DNA of 64,000 nt from positions 1-64,000 of the IMG/VR virus record IMGVR_UViG_2724679538_000004; one strand, written 5' to 3'. Shown piece after piece: positions 28,868 through 38,534 of the stretch (position 1 is the stretch's first letter; every line of letters begins with the position of its first letter). The notes below the pieces were generated by a model, which did no database searches, was not told the origin of the DNA, and saw only the letters and a list, made by a program, of their open reading frames with translations. This DNA is from a virus (lineage: Duplodnaviria > Heunggongvirae > Uroviricota > Caudoviricetes). Both the position numbers and the translations under genes were made by a program.

Positions 28868-31800
28868 ATGAAGGCACTGATGGTTAGAACTGACTTTTCA
28901 CTTGGAGAGTCAGCTCTAAAAGCAGAAAACGCGGTGAAGATTGCCAGAGAAGCTGGCTACACCGCTGTAATTTCAGCAGATAGCATGAACATTGCGAGTG
29001 TTATTCCACTACAACGCGCCGCTGGTGACGACATGGCGGTAATTTGTGGTGTGAAACTAAACATTGTTGATGATCCCACATACGAGCACCGGGCTAAACT
29101 TGCTAAAGAGTCTATGGGATGTATGGAATCATTAGAGCGTGGGCGGAACTACTCGTTTACCGCACTAATTAAAAATGAGCAGGGATATCGCGACATCTGC
29201 GAACTAATGACGGTGGCAAACACACGAGAACAGTTCTACTTTGTGCCCCGTCTCTCGCTCGATCAGTTGGTTTCTACATATGCCAAAGGCAACATCATCC
29301 TGCTCACTTCCGACATCGGTAGCGTGTTCCAACGCAACGATTTTGCAAAAATCATAAGCTCACTGATTACAGCGGGTGGAAAAGACAACTTCTATAGTGT
29401 GGTTTATCCGCACCCTACCCCATTCTACGACCAGATTAACGTCCGGGCGATGAAAGTCGCCAGCGCACTGAAAATAGAGCCAGTGGCGTTCTATCCCGCT
29501 TATTACGAATCGATCGACGATGCAGACATTAAAGACATTGCGCACATGGTTACGAACAACATCAAAATCGACCAGCCGCATCGTCTGCGTATTCCCCACC
29601 AGCGAGATAACGCCGTCAATGGTCGCCGCCATCTCCTTGAGGCTCTTAAAGCCTTCTCCGTTCGCATGGATGTGCCGGTGACAGCTTCAATGGCCTCCAC
29701 GACACAGGACGCCATTATCGAAGCCTGCACGTGGCGCTGGCATGAATTGCCACCAGCACTTCCTAAGATGGCGGACGACGAGCCTGTAACTCTGATGAAG
29801 CTGGCTGTTGCGGGGCTGCGCAAACGTCTTACTACAAAAGAGTTTGGTTATACACCACCGGCTTCTGAGCACCGAGTGTATGTTGATCGCCTTAAGTACG
29901 AAATGGACACGCTGACCCGCCTGGGATTTTGTGGTTACTTCCTGATGGTACGCGATCTGATGAATCACAGCCGTGAAACAGGCATTCCTGTCGGGCCTGG
30001 TCGTGGTTCCTCTGCTGGTTCTCTGGTGGCATGGTGCATAGGCATAACCAACGTCGATCCTATCCGTCACGGTCTTCTGTTTGAGCGTTTCATCAACCCT
30101 GAGCGTCTCGACTTACCGGATGCGGATCTGGATTTCAGCCAGGCTCGTCGTCATGAGGTGATCGAGTATCTGAATGAGCGCTATGGCGAAGATTACGTTG
30201 CCGGCATTCCAAACTTCACCTATCTGGGCGCGGCATCTGCGCTGCGTGACACTGCACGTATTTACGGTGTCGATGCTGCGGATATGGCGGTATCCAAAGA
30301 GTTCAAGAATCTGGAGGACGATAGTCTGTCGCTGGAAGAGCTGCGCGAGCAACTGGCTAGCCTGGACAAATACGCCACGAAAAACCCGGAAGCATTCAAA
30401 GCGGCGTGTAAGTTGCAAAGCCTGATGCGTGGTTTTGGTCGTCACGCTGCGGGGATGATCGTCGCTGGCGTTCCATTAGTAGAGCGCACGCCCGTCGAGC
30501 TGCGTGGCAATGCTCGATGTATTGCGTTCGATAAACGTTACTGCGAGGCGATGGGGCTGATTAAGTTGGACGTTCTCGGTCTGGCAACGCTCGATCTTCT
30601 GGATAGCGCGAAACGCTACATCAAAGAGAGTACCGGGGAAGACATCAATCTCGACGCTATCCCACTGGACGATCGCAAGGTTCTGGATGGGTTCGCTGCA
30701 GGGTACACGCAGGGCGTATTCCAGCTGGAGTCCGGCCCCATGCGTAAGCTGCTTAAAGATCTGGGCGGTGGCATCGAGCCAATGAGCTTCAAAACCGTTG
30801 TCGCCACGACCGCCCTCTTCCGACCTGGACCGATTCAATCCGGCATGTTGGATGACTATGTTTCCGTTGCGAAAGGATTTATGACGCCTACATCGCTACA
30901 TCCTGTCTTGGATGAACTGACCTCTGAAACAAATGGAGTGATTCTCTATCAGGAACAAACGATGAACGCAACAAGGCTTCTTGCTGGTTTCACAATGGCC
31001 GAGGCGGATGGTGTGCGTTCAGCAATCGGTAAGAAGAACATGGAAAAGATGAGGAGCATGGGTGAGAAATTTGTCATTCAGGCTCAAGCTGGGTGGATCG
31101 ACGTAGAGCTTGAAAATGGCGCAATACAACGGATTCATCGCGCAGAACATTTTAAATGCGAGGACGGTACTCTGAGGACAGTTGAAGAGGCGTTGGAGCA
31201 TGGAGTGAAGCTGCCCATGCCAGTTGTGCGCGTTACAACGTCACATCCAGGTCTGTCTGAGACGAAGGCAAAAGAGATATGGACTGCATTTGAGAAAAAC
31301 GGAGCCTATCAGTTCAATAAATCACACTCAGTTGCTTATTCTTTAATCAGTTATCAGTCTATGTGGCTAAAGACGCACTACCCTGCTGAGTTCTTCGCAG
31401 CTGCGCTCACCATTCTGGGCGAGGATAAGCATCAGGGGCTGGTGAAGGATGCGCTGACCTATGGCATTCGCGTATTGCCACCAGACGTTAATGTGTCATC
31501 TAACCGAATTGAGATCCGCACACTCGAAGACGGCAGTCAGGCACTGTATGCGCCATTCTCTGCTGTTAAAGGTTGTTCTGAAAATGGTTGTCAGGCAATT
31601 ATGCGTGCGCGTGAGAAAGTTGGTGGCAAATTCGAGTCAGTGGCACAATTCGATGAAGCGGTCGAGAAGCGTGCATGTAACAGTCGTGTACGCGAGTCGC
31701 TTCATAAAGTAGGGGCTTTTGCGTCAATTGAGTCAGGCAGTCTGCCAGCAACTGATCCTGAACGACTGCGCGACCAGGCTGAGCTGATGGGCAATCTCGT

Positions 31801-32386
31801 TATTGACGCTGTTAAAGCATCACGTCCGTTCGAAATGAATCCTAAGCGTTCTGCCGAAATTAACGTACTTATGACACGTATGGCGGCTGAAATGGGCTTG
31901 GGTGAGGAGTTGATACGCCCGACTATTGGTATTAAACCCAAAATCATGATCATTCTGGACAATGCGAACGGCAATGACGCTCGTACCGGCTACTTCATGG
32001 AGAACGGATACGACGACTTTAAGGCAAAACTACTGACAGTTGGAGATCTGCGCATGGGCGATCTTTATGTCACGGGTGTTTGTAAGAAGGTTAAGGACAA
32101 AGAGAAAGACTATACCAAAGACGAGATAGGCCAGTTCACAGACTTTATGCGGGAAGAAATTAATCTTGTACGACCAACCTACATTTTGACGTGTGGTAGT
32201 CGTTCAACCGCACTATTTAACAATAAGAGTAAACCATCAGATCTGATTGGTCGTAAGGAGTACTTCCCAGAGCTTGATGCAACCGTCTTCTACGGATTTA
32301 ACCCGAATATCCTGTACTTCCGACCGGAAGAAGGAGAGCGACTGGAGGCCATTCTGGCTGATATCGCGGAGACAATAAATAAGTAA
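28868..32386 (+). CDS. DNA polymerase III alpha-type (DnaE-like) replicative polymerase
   Basis: 1172 aa; core motifs GLIKLDVLGLATLDLL and YQFNKSHSVAY; N-terminal PHP-like region; unusual C-terminal 180 aa. Confidence 0.8.
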   Translation: MKALMVRTDFSLGESALKAENAVKIAREAGYTAVISADSMNIASVIPLQRAAGDDMAVICGVKLNIVDDPTYEHRAKLAKESMGCMESLERGRNYSFTALIKNEQGYRDICELMTVANTREQFYFVPRLSLDQLVSTYAKGNIILLTSDIGSVFQRNDFAKIISSLITAGGKDNFYSVVYPHPTPFYDQINVRAMKVASALKIEPVAFYPAYYESIDDADIKDIAHMVTNNIKIDQPHRLRIPHQRDNAVNGRRHLLEALKAFSVRMDVPVTASMASTTQDAIIEACTWRWHELPPALPKMADDEPVTLMKLAVAGLRKRLTTKEFGYTPPASEHRVYVDRLKYEMDTLTRLGFCGYFLMVRDLMNHSRETGIPVGPGRGSSAGSLVAWCIGITNVDPIRHGLLFERFINPERLDLPDADLDFSQARRHEVIEYLNERYGEDYVAGIPNFTYLGAASALRDTARIYGVDAADMAVSKEFKNLEDDSLSLEELREQLASLDKYATKNPEAFKAACKLQSLMRGFGRHAAGMIVAGVPLVERTPVELRGNARCIAFDKRYCEAMGLIKLDVLGLATLDLLDSAKRYIKESTGEDINLDAIPLDDRKVLDGFAAGYTQGVFQLESGPMRKLLKDLGGGIEPMSFKTVVATTALFRPGPIQSGMLDDYVSVAKGFMTPTSLHPVLDELTSETNGVILYQEQTMNATRLLAGFTMAEADGVRSAIGKKNMEKMRSMGEKFVIQAQAGWIDVELENGAIQRIHRAEHFKCEDGTLRTVEEALEHGVKLPMPVVRVTTSHPGLSETKAKEIWTAFEKNGAYQFNKSHSVAYSLISYQSMWLKTHYPAEFFAAALTILGEDKHQGLVKDALTYGIRVLPPDVNVSSNRIEIRTLEDGSQALYAPFSAVKGCSENGCQAIMRAREKVGGKFESVAQFDEAVEKRACNSRVRESLHKVGAFASIESGSLPATDPERLRDQAELMGNLVIDAVKASRPFEMNPKRSAEINVLMTRMAAEMGLGEELIRPTIGIKPKIMIILDNANGNDARTGYFMENGYDDFKAKLLTVGDLRMGDLYVTGVCKKVKDKEKDYTKDEIGQFTDFMREEINLVRPTYILTCGSRSTALFNNKSKPSDLIGRKEYFPELDATVFYGFNPNILYFRPEEGERLEAILADIAETINK

Positions 32387-32392
32387 TAAAGA

Positions 32393-32418
32393 AAACCCGC
32401 CTGTTGGCGGGTTTATAA
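32393..32418 (+). terminator. rho-independent terminator
   Basis: AAACCCGCC-tgtt-GGCGGGTTT. Confidence 0.65.
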
Positions 32419-32689
32419 AGAATTATGGCGCTTGTTGAGGAAGTCACTCCTCTTACGCACTTTGTTTTGCCATGCCGGCAGTTAGCTTCTGCCTTTGACT
32501 ATTCATGCGGCAACCCCGCATTTCGCCACAATGGGCAATTCACTTTAATGGAATAAACTGGCCGTTGTGTCGATTTAATTAGCATGGCCTTACCATGCTA
32601 ATTTATTCAACTTGTACAATCCTACAAATCTATCCACTCAGGCTTACACCGTCTTCGTTATTGTAGAAATGAGGATCATCAGCGTTGAA

Positions 32690-32905
32690 TCAGCTTAGAG
32701 CAACGACATTTGCTGCTGCTGGGCCTTTAGCCCCATTCTCGATAGAGAATTCGACCTGCTGGCCTTCTTCCAAAGTGCGGAAATTATTACTCTGAATTGC
32801 CGAAAAATGTACAAAAACATCTTTACTGCCATCAGCAGGAGAAATAAAGCCAAAGCCTTTATCAGAGTTAAACCATTTTACTAAACCAGTCATTTTATTA
32901 GACAT
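32690..32905 (-). CDS. cspA: cold-shock protein (CspA family)
   Basis: [38 protein letters not shown] near-identical in pattern to E. coli CspA; long untranslated leader upstream. Confidence 0.85.
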   Translation of the reverse strand: MSNKMTGLVKWFNSDKGFGFISPADGSKDVFVHFSAIQSNNFRTLEEGQQVEFSIENGAKGPAAANVVALS

Positions 32906-33234
32906 AGATATTACCTTCTTAATTTTGTGAGCCACATAGTGCGGCGAGAATTTGATCTGTATAGATTGGGACTTACTTAGGCACTTAAGGAGGAGACTCA
33001 CGAAGAAGGGAAATCAGAAGATAACACTGAACTGAGACTGCTTTACTAAAACTGCTTACATAAGGTCTGTCTTGCAAACCAACGATGCTATTAACGCATA
33101 CCCTTTCTTTTCATGCAACCTTTATTTTTCAAAGATAACTAATTTTTGTCACCGTTGGTTTAGTAAACGTTAACGAACCAGACGATGACAGACACCTTTA
33201 CAGAGAACAGATGCCCGCCAATTGGCGGGCATCA

Positions 33235-33798
33235 TTATGCGCATTTCGCAATATCTTTGCGGCGTTTAATCAGTTTCTCAGCAATTTGCTCTATTTCGTT
33301 GAAATCTTTCGAGACGCTGTTTCGAAGCGCCAGATTCCATTTACTCAAAGTTCGGGCATTTTGGACAATCTGATCGCCCTCTTTAAGTCGTCCGTTATTC
33401 ATGAGCCATTCAGCCACATCAGCCCAATCCCACAGAGGCGACTGGCCTTTTATGCGTTGTACAGGGCAAGGGAAGTCGCCGCTTCCGCGCTTACCGTCTT
33501 TGAGCAACGCCACAGCCTGGCGAGACAGGTCTGTCAGTTCCGCGATATCGCTTAAGCCCACAAGAGCCGAGTCGACGGATTCAACAATTGCACCGATACC
33601 GGCTGATTCAATATTGTCGACCGCAGATGCGATAGCTGCATCAAGTGATTGTGCTTCGCGGTCAAATTCTACATAGACGGAGTTTCCATATGCGCAAATT
33701 AGCGCATCGTCACAGCCGTTTTGGTACAGCGCGTCTTCCAGTCCTTCCGTCTCATACGATACGCCTGAGAGCGTCAGAGTGAAGTTATAAAGCGCCAT
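33235..33798 (-). CDS. hypothetical protein (possible HicB-like partner)
   Basis: RBS AAGGA before ATG 33798; downstream of small ORF on same strand. Confidence 0.4.
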   Translation of the reverse strand: MALYNFTLTLSGVSYETEGLEDALYQNGCDDALICAYGNSVYVEFDREAQSLDAAIASAVDNIESAGIGAIVESVDSALVGLSDIAELTDLSRQAVALLKDGKRGSGDFPCPVQRIKGQSPLWDWADVAEWLMNNGRLKEGDQIVQNARTLSKWNLALRNSVSKDFNEIEQIAEKLIKRRKDIAKCA

Positions 33799-33858
33799 AG
33801 TATTCCTTTGAAGATAGTTGGACAGTTTCTGCAAAAGGCGGCTATTGCCGCCTTGAAA

Positions 33859-34083
33859 TCATTTACAACGATCAACCGTTCGTTTGATCTGTTTGGCATG
33901 GTTTTCGGTATTACCCGGAGTCGACCATACGCTCATTTGGTGAGTTTTGTGTTCACCTTCTGGATTACCGCATCGCAGTCTGCAAAAACAATGCGCAGAA
34001 CCACCAGCTGCTACCCAGATCCAGCCTTTACTTAATGCATAGTCAATGGCTGCTTGAATATGCTTATTCGGATGTTGCTTCAT
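33859..34083 (-). CDS. small hypothetical protein (possible HicA-like)
   Basis: 74 aa with GW..GGSAH segment; upstream of 33235-33798 in same orientation. Confidence 0.3.
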   Translation of the reverse strand: MKQHPNKHIQAAIDYALSKGWIWVAAGGSAHCFCRLRCGNPEGEHKTHQMSVWSTPGNTENHAKQIKRTVDRCK

Positions 34084-34338
34084 TCGCCTCCGATAATAGT
34101 ATTCTATTCACAGTGTTGACATCTGTCAACGGCGACTGAATTTCATCCGTTCATGCCACACCACCCATCCATCTCATGTATGTGACCTAAAGATGGTCAG
34201 CACAGCTTACCAAAATAAGACAACTACTTACCTTCGCCGATCTCAATATTTTCCCCTGAACAAAGTTGACATCACTCCATAAGCCCGTTCACTGTTTGAT
34301 ATAATTGATACAGATTTCATAAGTAGGAACCTATTAGA

Positions 34339-34770
34339 GTGAACACTGATATTTTTTCTAAAATCATGGCCGATCTGGAGTTCGACCGCGACAATCTTGA
34401 GGAAGTATGGCGTAAGCAGCCACGGCTTTTAATGGAGTATGGGTCAAAGCTAGCGCAGGCAGATCGAGATGTTGCAGAGGCTAAACTCTCACTCGAAGCA
34501 GTAGAAGCAAAGCTATATGACACAGAACGTAAGAACCTGAGTATGAACGGAATTAAATTCAATGAATCCGTTCTTGAGGCAAAGGTAAAGACTAATCCAC
34601 AGTACCTTTCTAAGCGACAAAAACTAGATGACGCCAGATACATTGCCGACATGTACAAACATGCCGTTGCTGCCTTTTCGCATCGTCGAGACATGATAGT
34701 CCAGGCGTCAAAAATGGCGATATCTGAGCTGGAACGCCTTGGCGCTGAACGCTTTATCAGCTCCCGATAA
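34339..34770 (+). CDS. hypothetical protein (possible UvsY-like recombination mediator)
   Basis: 143 aa, GTG start; weak resemblance to UvsY pattern and position next to SSB. Confidence 0.3.
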   Translation: MNTDIFSKIMADLEFDRDNLEEVWRKQPRLLMEYGSKLAQADRDVAEAKLSLEAVEAKLYDTERKNLSMNGIKFNESVLEAKVKTNPQYLSKRQKLDDARYIADMYKHAVAAFSHRRDMIVQASKMAISELERLGAERFISSR

Positions 34771-34778
34771 AATAATCT

Positions 34779-34805
34779 AGATAATAAGTAAGTACTGATC
34801 TATTA
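34779..34805. repeat. motif A copy
   Basis: AGATAATAAGTAAGTACTGATCTATTA. Confidence 0.6.
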
Positions 34806-34885
34806 TTTTCGCGCTCGTGAGAGCCACGATGAAACCAACGCCCAAAGCGCTTAGCGCCATTGGCCAAAATCACAACAAGGAGAAA

Positions 34886-35890
34886 CACATGTCAAAGTCA
34901 TTGCTTGATTTGCTTAACAAAACTCGTGAAGACATTGCCGCCAAACGTGGCAATAAAGTTGATTTAACTCGTTTAAAAGATGGTAACAACTACATTCGTA
35001 TCTTCCCGAATAAAGACGACCCAAACGGTAAGTTCTTCCAGACTTTCGGTATGCACTACGTTAAGTATCAGAACGAGGAAGGTAAAGAAGCAACCAACGC
35101 TTATATTTGTGAGCAACATACTCACGGTCGCGCTTGTCAGCTATGCGAAATGGTGATGGAAGGTCGCGCTCGTCACAAGGGTAACAAAGCAATGGAAGAA
35201 CGCATCGGTCAAATGCGTGCTACTCCTCGCTACCTGGTAAACGGCATTCTTTCAGCTCGTGAGGATTTCGCCGATGCAGAGAAATGCCAGTTAATCGAAC
35301 TGCCGTCAACTGTATTCGATGATATCTGCAAAGCAATCACCGAAGACATCGCTGACGATATCGGCAATCCACTTAGCAAAGAGGAAGGCTACGCATTCCT
35401 GATTAAGCGTACAGGGTCTAATCGTGACACCAAATATGATGTTTCACCGAAGCGGAAAGTCTTCAAAGGCGACATCGAGGATAAATTCTGGAACACCCAA
35501 CATGATCTGATCGCATACGCAAATCAGGCTGACGAAACTCGCCTTCTGTCGACTGTTCGCACTATGGGACGTCTGATTGGTATCGCAGCACCAGCCACCG
35601 CAGCATCTGCGCCAGCCATTGCATCCACGGCAAAAGCCTCTACTGCTGCATTACCAGGATTCGGCTCTGTAACTGGTCATACGGAAGGATCAGCTACTGT
35701 AGCCACCGCTCACACTCCAAAATCCGAACCTACCAGCCTGGTAGAAGAGGAAGTCATGCGTGCAGCTGAGGCTGAGTTTAAACCAGAAACCAGCGCAGTA
35801 TCTGCGGCCGTAACAGCAAGCGAAGCCGCTGAGTCTGTGCAGGAAGACGAAGGTCTGGATGACCTACTGAGAGAACTGGACTCTCTGTAA
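34886..35890 (+). CDS. gp32-like single-stranded DNA-binding protein
   Basis: IRIFPNKDD and His/Cys cluster (HTHGRACQLC) recalling T4 gp32 zinc site; acidic C-terminal tail EDEGLDDLLRELDSL. Confidence 0.5.
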   Translation, partial: HMSKSLLDLLNKTREDIAAKRGNKVDLTRLKDGNNYIRIFPNKDDPNGKFFQTFGMHYVKYQNEEGKEATNAYICEQHTHGRACQLCEMVMEGRARHKGNKAMEERIGQMRATPRYLVNGILSAREDFADAEKCQLIELPSTVFDDICKAITEDIADDIGNPLSKEEGYAFLIKRTGSNRDTKYDVSPKRKVFKGDIEDKFWNTQHDLIAYANQADETRLLSTVRTMGRLIGIAAPATAASAPAIASTAKASTAALPGFGSVTGHTEGSATVATAHTPKSEPTSLVEEEVMRAAEAEFKPETSAVSAAVTASEAAESVQEDEGLDDLLRELDSL

Positions 35891-35906
35891 TCCCATTACG
35901 TGACCA

Positions 35907-35936
35907 GTAAGGCGTCTACGGACGCCTTACTTTTTG
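35907..35936 (+). terminator. rho-independent terminator (GGCGTC family)
   Basis: GTAAGGCGTC-tacg-GACGCCTTAC TTTTT. Confidence 0.7.
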
Positions 35937-35950
35937 GAAGGAGTATACCG

Positions 35951-36895
35951 GTGAATTATCTCTTAGTTGACGGTAACAGTCTGGGCTATTACCACCAGCA
36001 ATCTGACAAGTTACATAACGGGGAAATGGAAGTACAAGCTGCGTTCGGCTTCGTTAAAAACGTTCGTCGCTATGCCTCCATCCTCCATGCCAGACCAATG
36101 ATTCTTTGGGACGGATTTAGCGACAAGCGACGCGACTTTTACCCTGATTACAAAGCAAATCGCGACGACGATCCTGATATGAAAAAGATGAAGGAAGGCT
36201 TTGCTGTCCAGAAGCCATACATCCTCAAAATGATGACCGCGCTTGGTGTTAACCAAATCATTGCAAAAGATGCAGAAGCGGATGATCTGGCTGGGATGCT
36301 GGTATCCCGTATGGCACCGCAGCCAACCGTTGAACACATCTATCTGTTAACAGGCGATAGCGACTGGCTTCAGTTAGTTCGCGAAAACGTAAGCTGGGTA
36401 AGCCTGCGTGAAGACGCCAAAAACAAGCAGGTTAATTTTGAGCAATTTGCGGAGCTGACAGGATTCGCTACACCTCGCGCATTTTTGGAAGCAAAAGCAT
36501 TACAGGGCGATAAATCGGACAACATTAGCGGTGTTGGTGGCATTGGGACTGGCGGCGCGAAAGAGCTGCTGCATGAATGGGGAAGCGTCGCAACGATGGT
36601 ACGCGGCATCAACGACGGCTCAATCGTTGTTGACAAAGGACGCCATAAAACCGCCTTCAACAAACTAGCGAAGAATGCCTTCAACGAGAAAACAGGCTGT
36701 CGAATGCTCGAAGCGTTCAAGAGAAACATCACGCTAATGAACCTGATTGAGACGAAGTTTCCGCCGACCGAAATCGAAACAATCAAAGGCAATCGTGACG
36801 TTAAAGCATTCGAACAACTGTGCTACGAGCTGAATTTTCGTTCGTTCCTTGAAGACCTTGAAGTGTTTGTTCTTCCATTCGAAAGGTATTGCTAA
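35951..36895 (+). CDS. 5'-3' exonuclease / flap endonuclease
   Basis: LLVDGNSLGYY N-terminal motif and H3TH motif GDKSDNISGVGGIGTGGAKELL; GTG start after AAGGAG RBS. Confidence 0.8.
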   Translation: MNYLLVDGNSLGYYHQQSDKLHNGEMEVQAAFGFVKNVRRYASILHARPMILWDGFSDKRRDFYPDYKANRDDDPDMKKMKEGFAVQKPYILKMMTALGVNQIIAKDAEADDLAGMLVSRMAPQPTVEHIYLLTGDSDWLQLVRENVSWVSLREDAKNKQVNFEQFAELTGFATPRAFLEAKALQGDKSDNISGVGGIGTGGAKELLHEWGSVATMVRGINDGSIVVDKGRHKTAFNKLAKNAFNEKTGCRMLEAFKRNITLMNLIETKFPPTEIETIKGNRDVKAFEQLCYELNFRSFLEDLEVFVLPFERYC

Positions 36896-37161
36896 TGCTT
36901 AAATCAATTATTAATGGCGCTACAACCACCCCTGCCCAACTGGCAAAAGAGATTGTCTTTTATCATGGTGAGTACGCTGTCATCGCACTGCCATCAATTC
37001 TGGGAGCTGCCGGAATGAAAGCTACAGATCGCGAGTTTGGATTAGTCAGTGAGCAGGTCGTAAAAATCCTCGCTCGTGTATCCAGACTCCTTAACCATGA
37101 TGCGATTTCATTCGACGAATCCGCCGCTTTAAAACGAATCAACGAAACAAAAGGAGCCTGA
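36889..37161 (+). CDS. hypothetical protein
   Basis: 90 aa, coupled (TAATG) to upstream gene. Confidence 0.4.
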   Translation: MLMLKSIINGATTTPAQLAKEIVFYHGEYAVIALPSILGAAGMKATDREFGLVSEQVVKILARVSRLLNHDAISFDESAALKRINETKGA

Positions 37162-37163
37162 TC

Positions 37164-38237
37164 ATGGCAAAAGGAAAATCCCCACTGGCACTTGCTCTTA
37201 AAAAGAAAATCGGTAGCAACGATGAAATTCAAAAAGTAACCCATTGGATTGATACAGGCTTTCCCCCGTTAAACAAAGCTATTTCTGGTCGTTACGATGG
37301 TGGTTTCCCATGTGGTCGTATCGTCGAAGTATTTGGTCCTCCAAGTGCAGGGAAAACGTTCCTTGCAACAGCAGCGATGATCTCCGCTCAAAAACAAGAT
37401 GGTCTGGCGGTATTCCTCGATCATGAAAACAGTTTTGACGTTGGCCTGGCTGTAGCCAATGGCCTGAACGCAGATGAGGATGACGGTCAGTGGGTATACA
37501 AGCAGCCAGATACCTTCGAAGACTCTGTAGAGTTGATCGGCACTATTCTTAAATTGGTTCGTGATGAAGAGCTTATCCCTGAATCAGCGCCTATCTGTAT
37601 CGTGGCTGACTCCCTTGCGTCTATGGTTCCGAACTCCAAAGCCGAGAAGTTCGAAAAGATGGCAGAAGGCACTGCCAAAGACAAAGATCAGCTAAACATG
37701 AACGACAATACGGCACTGGCTCGTGCGACGAGTGCGAACTTCCCTACTCTGGCTTTGTGGGCACGCAAATACAACGCCTGCATCATCTTCTTGAATCAGG
37801 TTCGCACAAAAATCGGTGTAATGTTTGGCGACCCTACTACGTCACCAGGCGGCGATTCACCGAAGTTCTACGCTTCTGTACGTATCCGTCTTGGTGCATC
37901 GGTGATGAAGGATGGTAAAGAGAAGATCGGCCAGGACGTAGGCGCAGAGTGCATCAAAAACAAAGTCGCACCACCGTATGGCAAATGTACCTGGAAATTC
38001 TACTTCGATCCTACTCGTGGCCTCGACGTTATCGAATCGCTCGTCGAGTACATGCTGGAAGAAGGATACCTGCCAAAGAACGCCAGCGGGCGAGTTGAAA
38101 TTGGTGACAAGAAATACACCAAATCGCAGATCGTCGAGATGTATCGGGAGAAGCCATTAGCAGAAATCATTTCTGCGTTACAGGCGATAGATGACCGACG
38201 AGAGAAGACATCACCAACAGAAGAACTAGAAGATTAA
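37164..38237 (+). CDS. recA: RecA-like recombinase
   Basis: Walker A GPPSAGKT; FLNQVRTKIGVMFGDPTTSPGG..KFYASVR matches RecA core. Confidence 0.85.
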   Translation: MAKGKSPLALALKKKIGSNDEIQKVTHWIDTGFPPLNKAISGRYDGGFPCGRIVEVFGPPSAGKTFLATAAMISAQKQDGLAVFLDHENSFDVGLAVANGLNADEDDGQWVYKQPDTFEDSVELIGTILKLVRDEELIPESAPICIVADSLASMVPNSKAEKFEKMAEGTAKDKDQLNMNDNTALARATSANFPTLALWARKYNACIIFLNQVRTKIGVMFGDPTTSPGGDSPKFYASVRIRLGASVMKDGKEKIGQDVGAECIKNKVAPPYGKCTWKFYFDPTRGLDVIESLVEYMLEEGYLPKNASGRVEIGDKKYTKSQIVEMYREKPLAEIISALQAIDDRREKTSPTEELED

Positions 38238-38242
38238 TTATC

Positions 38243-38268
38243 AGGCGTCCAAACGGACGCCTTTTTTG
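38243..38268 (+). terminator. rho-independent terminator (GGCGTC family)
   Basis: AGGCGTCC-aaac-GGACGCCT TTTTTG. Confidence 0.75.
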
Positions 38269-38282
38269 TATGTTGAAAATGT

Positions 38283-38298
38283 ATAAGTACTTACTTAT
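38283..38298. repeat. motif A copy
   Basis: ATAAGTACTTACTTAT. Confidence 0.6.
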
Positions 38299-38330
38299 TA
38301 TTAGCACACAATAACCACATAGGAAAACAC

Positions 38331-38531
38331 ATGATCAAACTCTATCTTATGGCAGTAGTTACAGGTCTATCTGTAGTTTTCATCTACTGTTTGCTGGTTC
38401 CGTCGCTGATCTCTGCTAAAAGCGACATTGCCGTAATGCTTGGAATCATCGTTGCTTTTGGTGCTCCTGTGATCGGGTTTATTGCAGGTCGTAAGTTTCT
38501 AAAGTCACTCATCAATTCGAAGGAGAAGTAA
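38331..38531 (+). CDS. small two-TM membrane protein (NfeD-like partner?)
   Basis: 66 aa, two hydrophobic helices; 4 bp upstream of SPFH gene. Confidence 0.45.
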   Translation: MIKLYLMAVVTGLSVVFIYCLLVPSLISAKSDIAVMLGIIVAFGAPVIGFIAGRKFLKSLINSKEK

Positions 38532-38534
38532 GTA

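Noticed and set aside
28690-28887. 65-aa ORF between cobS-like and dnaE
   Set aside because: GTG start without clear RBS; the dnaE leader and RBS lie within it; could be real but unsupported.
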